Source: an uncultured Ignavibacteria bacterium
GTDB lineage: Bacteria; Zixibacteria; MSB-5A5; RBG-16-43-9
NCBI GenBank assembly: GCA_964570765.1
Contig: CAZMZF010000001.1
Coordinates: 47,626-111,625, forward strand
DNA: 64,000 bases
Direction: 5' to 3'
Part shown: piece after piece, positions 60,313 through 64,000 of the stretch
Layout: every line of letters starts with the position of its first letter
Position numbering within the stretch: position 1 is the stretch's first letter
Position numbers and translations under genes: made by a program
The notes under the pieces: model-generated
Told to the model about the DNA's origin: nothing
Databases searched by the model: none
The model's input: only the letters and a program-made list of their open reading frames with translations

Positions 60313-61042
60313 ATGAGCAAGGGAATTTTTTACATTGGAGTTGATGTGGGGCAAGAGGAGTTATGGGTAGCAATAGAAGGACACAAGCCACATTCTTTTA
60401 CCCATACTGTGGCTGGCGCTAAGGAGTTGTGGAATTGGATTCGGAAGAGAGTAATCCTGAGGCAACTTTGCATTTCTGTATGGAAGCTACCGGAGTCTAT
60501 AGTCAGAGATTAGCAGCCATTCTTTCCAACTATGAGGATACAGAGATTAGCATTATCAATCCAGCCCAAATCGCCTCCTTTTCTAAAGCCCAACTCAAGC
60601 GTAGTAAAACTGATCGAATAGACTGTCAGGTCATTGTATCAAAACCCAGATCCAGCTTCTCTGCAGTGTTCAGTGCATAGGAGAAGGCACTGCTACTCAC
60701 TTGCTAGCCTATGGCAAAACAGCGCTGACCAATTATTCAGTCAGAGCTTTAGTGGCTCATGTCGGGATAGCGCCCAGACACCGACAATCCGGAATCTCAG
60801 TTTGGGGCAAAAGCCACCTGGCTAAAGAAGGAGATAAACGCTTACGCTGTATCCTTTATATGCCTACTCTTGTCGGAATTGTACCTAACCCTATCCACAA
60901 GAAATTCTACCAAAGACTATTGGCTAAGGGTAAACCCAAAAAGGTAGCTTTAATCGCTTGTATGAAAAAGTTACTGCTTATCGTTAGAGCTATCCTGATC
61001 AAACAAGTTCCATTTAACCCGGCTATCCAAGGCGTAATATGA
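60313..61042 (+). pseudogene. IS110-family transposase remnant (frameshifted and internally deleted)
   Basis: N-terminal DEDD-type segment IFYIGVDVGQEELWVA. C-terminal segment VAHVGIAPRHRQSG...ALIACMKKLL is typical of the IS110/IS116/IS902 C-domain. The remnant is split over three frames and only about 240 of an expected ~350 aa remain. Confidence 0.7.
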
Positions 61043-61182
61043 AAAAATCATCTTGACATGGAAGACGGTATCTCTCCTGAAAGGAGAGGGGAGGGTGGGG
61101 TCTATCTATGGAGACCTTGCCTACGAGTTGTGGAGACGCATGCCATGCGTCTCTACGAAAAAATCTACATAAATTTGTAGTT

Positions 61183-61204
61183 GCCCAATTTATTGGGCTT
61201 TTTT
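61183..61204 (+). terminator. Hairpin GCCCAAT-TTA-TTGGGC followed by T6
   Basis: Perfect short stem plus T-tract read directly from the sequence. Confidence 0.45.
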
Positions 61205-61372
61205 GCTTGATAAATCAAGCAACTATAGATAAAGGGGACTGTAGCGTCGGGTTTTACGCCCGATGTATTTTTTTCAATTATGGAGTACATCCATTTGGAT
61301 GCTTTCTATAATCCAAATTTCTGACTTGACACTGTTTTTTCCGTATATAAGTTAGGATTTAAAAGGAATGAT

Positions 61373-63373
61373 ATGGCTAAGTTTGGACTGGTTTCAAATT
61401 ACAAACCCACTGGTGATCAGCCTCAGGCGATTGAGAAATTAACTGAAGGTGTCCGGAGATGTGAAAAATATCAGACCCTTTTGGGTGTAACCGGCTCAGG
61501 GAAGACTTTTACGGTTGCTAATCTCATCGCCAATGTGGGTAAGCCAAGTATAGTGATTTCCCATAATAAAACCTTAGCGGCTCAGCTTTACGGTGAGCTA
61601 AAGGGTTTTTTCCCGCATAACGCGGTGGAGTTTTTCATAAGTTATTATGACTATTATCAGCCAGAGGCTTATGTCCCGCAGACTGATACTTATATAGAGA
61701 AAGATACCTCGATGAATGATGATATCGATAGACTGCGCCTGCGGGCTACCTCATCTTTATTAGAAAGAGAAGATGTGGTTATCGTTGCCAGTGTCTCCTG
61801 CATATATGGGTTAGGTTCTCCTAAGGATTACAAGGAGCTACTCTTGTTCTTAGAGGTAGGAGAAGAGTTCGAAAGGGACCAGATTTTAAAATCTCTGATC
61901 GATATCCATTATTCCAGAAACGATATCGAATTTGCCCGGGGAACTTTCCGGGTAAGAGGGGATACGATTGAGGTTCATCCAGCTTATGAGGAGACCGCAA
62001 TCAGATTAGAGCTGTTCGGCGATAAACTCGAGAGGATTTCGGTTATCGATACCTTAAAAGGTGATCTCTTGGAGGAGAAGAAAAGGGTTGCGATTTATCC
62101 GGCTAAACATTTTGTTACCACACCACCTCAATTAGAACAGGCGATCAAAAATATCGAAATAGAATTAGAGGAGAGGTTGAACTGGTTCAGGGACCAGGGA
62201 AAGCTCCTGGAGGCACAGAGACTGGAATCACGCACGAAATTTGATTTAGAGATGATGAGGGAGATCGGTTATTGTCCTGGAATTGAAAACTATTCACGTC
62301 ATCTTTCCGGCAGGAAACCAGGAGAAAAGCCTTATTGTCTTTTAGATTTTTTTCCAAAGGATTTTTTGATAATCATAGATGAATCTCATCAAACAATCCC
62401 TCAGATAAGAGGGATGTATGCCGGGGACAGGTCCAGGAAAGAGGTCTTAGTTGAATATGGGTTCAGGCTCCCTTCAGCCTTAGATAATCGTCCACTGTTT
62501 TTCAAGGAGTTCGAATCTATGATTAATCAGGTTGTCTTCGTCTCAGCCACTCCTGCAGAATTTGAGTTAGAAAGAAGCAAAGGGGTAGTAGTTGAACAGA
62601 TCATCCGGCCTACTGGACTGATAGACCCTCTAATTATAGTTAAACCTTTAAAAAATCAGGTGGATGATCTTTTAGAGGAGATAAAATTAAGGTCAGAGAA
62701 AAAGGAAAGGGTTTTAGTTACTACCTTAACCAAAAGGATGGCTGAAGATTTAGCAGATTATCTTGCACAGATGGGCATAAAAGTTAGGTACCTTCATTCG
62801 GAAATAGATGCGATTGAGAGGGTGGATATCTTAAGGGATTTAAGGTTAGCAGAGTTCGATGTCCTGGTGGGGATTAATCTATTAAGAGAAGGTCTTGACC
62901 TGCCAGAGGTTTCCCTGGTAGCCATCTTAGATGCAGATAAAGAGGGTTTTCTCCGTTCGGAAACTTCACTCATTCAGATTGCAGGCAGGGCTGCCAGGAA
63001 TAAAGCGGGTGAGGTGATTATGTATGCGGGTGAAGTAACAGACTCTATGAGAAAGGCGATTGAGGAGACGAATCGGAGGAGAAAGATTCAAGAAGAGTAT
63101 AATAAATCTCACGGGATTACACCTCAAACCATTTATAAAACCAGAGAGGAGATTTTGAAAACCACAACCTTTGCAGATTCCAGGACCGAATCTGTGGTCA
63201 AAGAAGAGAGGATGGATTATCTGGACCTTTTAACCTTAGAAGATAAGATCGAACATTTAGAAAGGGCAATGAAAAAGGCATCTCAAAACTTAGAGTTCGA
63301 AAAAGCAGCTATTTATCGAGATGAGTTGAAGAAATTAAAGGAAGGCCAGAAAAAAAGGTTCAGAAGAAATTGA
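61373..63373 (+). CDS. uvrB: Excinuclease ABC subunit B
   Basis: 666 aa. Walker A GVTGSGKT, helicase motifs, beta-hairpin region and C-terminal UVR domain ([12 protein letters not shown]). Confidence 0.95.
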   Translation: MAKFGLVSNYKPTGDQPQAIEKLTEGVRRCEKYQTLLGVTGSGKTFTVANLIANVGKPSIVISHNKTLAAQLYGELKGFFPHNAVEFFISYYDYYQPEAYVPQTDTYIEKDTSMNDDIDRLRLRATSSLLEREDVVIVASVSCIYGLGSPKDYKELLLFLEVGEEFERDQILKSLIDIHYSRNDIEFARGTFRVRGDTIEVHPAYEETAIRLELFGDKLERISVIDTLKGDLLEEKKRVAIYPAKHFVTTPPQLEQAIKNIEIELEERLNWFRDQGKLLEAQRLESRTKFDLEMMREIGYCPGIENYSRHLSGRKPGEKPYCLLDFFPKDFLIIIDESHQTIPQIRGMYAGDRSRKEVLVEYGFRLPSALDNRPLFFKEFESMINQVVFVSATPAEFELERSKGVVVEQIIRPTGLIDPLIIVKPLKNQVDDLLEEIKLRSEKKERVLVTTLTKRMAEDLADYLAQMGIKVRYLHSEIDAIERVDILRDLRLAEFDVLVGINLLREGLDLPEVSLVAILDADKEGFLRSETSLIQIAGRAARNKAGEVIMYAGEVTDSMRKAIEETNRRRKIQEEYNKSHGITPQTIYKTREEILKTTTFADSRTESVVKEERMDYLDLLTLEDKIEHLERAMKKASQNLEFEKAAIYRDELKKLKEGQKKRFRRN

Positions 63374-63573
63374 AGATCTAAGATGGGGGGTATATTGCAA
63401 TATGCACATTTTTTGTTTGTCATTGTGGGGAGTCCCGCAATATGCGGGACGACGAAACAATCCGTTTTATAAGGGTATATGGATTGCTTTGTCTCGCCTG
63501 CGACGGACTCGTAATAACAGCCCTGGGGATAGGGGGTTCGATTTATCGAACCCTGATTTGTCTCAGAAATAAG

Positions 63574-63601
63574 TTGACAAAAAGATGTTTTTTTATATAA
63601 T
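63574..63601 (+). promoter_or_regulatory. Sigma-70 consensus promoter: TTGACA, 16-bp spacer, TATAAT
   Basis: Perfect hexamers 63574-63579 and 63596-63601, about 65 nt upstream of the atpC start. Confidence 0.45.
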
Positions 63602-63665
63602 CGTAAATTAAATGCGTTTTTAAAGAATCGAACAGCAAACAGCTAATAGCGAATACCGAAACAAA

Positions 63666-64000
63666 ATGTTTCTGTTGACCATCGTAACCCCGGAAAAAAT
63701 ATTCTATGAAGAAGAAGTTTCTTCTCTGGTTGCACCAGGGGTTGAAGGATATTTAGGGGTTTTAACGGACCATGCTCCTTTGATTACTTCCTTAGTTCCA
63801 GGAAAATTAACTGTAAAAGATTTAAAAAATACAGAGGTTGTGCTGGCAATAAGTGGAGGGTTTTTAGAAGTCCTGAAGAATAAGGTAGTGATTTTAGCTG
63901 ATGCGGTGGAATTTGCCAGAGATATAGATTTGGAAAGGGCAAAAAAAGCCTTAGAAAGAGCAAAACAAAGACTCAAGTCGAAGGAAAAAGAGATCGATAT
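63666..64000 (+). CDS. atpC: F-type ATP synthase epsilon subunit, 3' end truncated by the window edge
   Basis: MFLLTIVTPEKIFYEEEV...GYLGVLTDHAPLIT...GGFLEV is a conserved epsilon-subunit pattern. The minus-strand ORF 63704-63976 is its antisense shadow. Confidence 0.8.
   Translation, partial: MFLLTIVTPEKIFYEEEVSSLVAPGVEGYLGVLTDHAPLITSLVPGKLTVKDLKNTEVVLAISGGFLEVLKNKVVILADAVEFARDIDLERAKKALERAKQRLKSKEKEID

Noticed and set aside
60429-60825. Overlapping 83-aa and 63-aa ORFs
   Set aside because: They are not independent genes. They are frame-shifted pieces of the IS110 transposase pseudogene.
61326-61351. Possible uvrB promoter TTGACA...TATAAG
   Set aside because: The spacer is only about 14 bp, so the promoter is unconvincing. 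No confident uvrB promoter could be called.
63525-63550. GGGGGTTCGATTTATCGAACCC hairpin resembling a tRNA T-arm
   Set aside because: There is no acceptor stem, no anticodon arm and no CCA context. It fits the local REP/hairpin pattern instead. No tRNA or tmRNA could be folded from the flanking sequence.

Overview
This is an AT-rich bacterial chromosomal window. The gene content suggests an anaerobic amino-acid and organic-acid fermenter, but I cannot assign a taxon from the sequence alone.

Main contents:
1. A + strand propionyl-/methylmalonyl-CoA cluster at 1948-8201: carboxyltransferase, biotin carboxylase, BCCP, methylmalonyl-CoA mutase catalytic subunit and epimerase.
2. A large branched-chain amino-acid fermentation region at about 9979-37841.
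   - Two diverged, mirror-arranged sets of leucine dehydrogenase, butyrate kinase and phosphate butyryltransferase, plus a branched-chain aminotransferase.
   - Two acyl-CoA dehydrogenases, two crotonases, a thiolase and a 3-hydroxyacyl-CoA dehydrogenase.
   - A methylcrotonyl-CoA-carboxylase-like operon, followed by an archaeal-type HMG-CoA synthase / thiolase / DUF35 trio.
3. A low-GC, translationally coupled ParB-like / HTH / hypothetical / PAPS-reductase-like (PP-loop) operon at 40939-44087. A DUF1611 gene is coupled to its 3' end. This is my best candidate for an undescribed DNA-modification or defence system.
4. A cluster of four membrane-protein genes and several secreted surface proteins: a Tyr/Gly/Ser-rich repeat protein, two proteins with dockerin-like modules (one with a beta-helix domain) and a membrane HD-GYP variant with a degenerate GYP motif.
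5. NurA-like and HerA-like genes separated by an inserted RAYT transposase gene.
6. A decayed IS110 transposase, uvrB and a partial atpC.

Almost every intergenic region is built from GTAG...CTAC REP palindromes of at least six families (two RAYT genes are present), together with short tandem 9-10 bp arrays. A 183-bp noncoding element occurs twice. No rRNA, tRNA or CRISPR array was recognised by eye.
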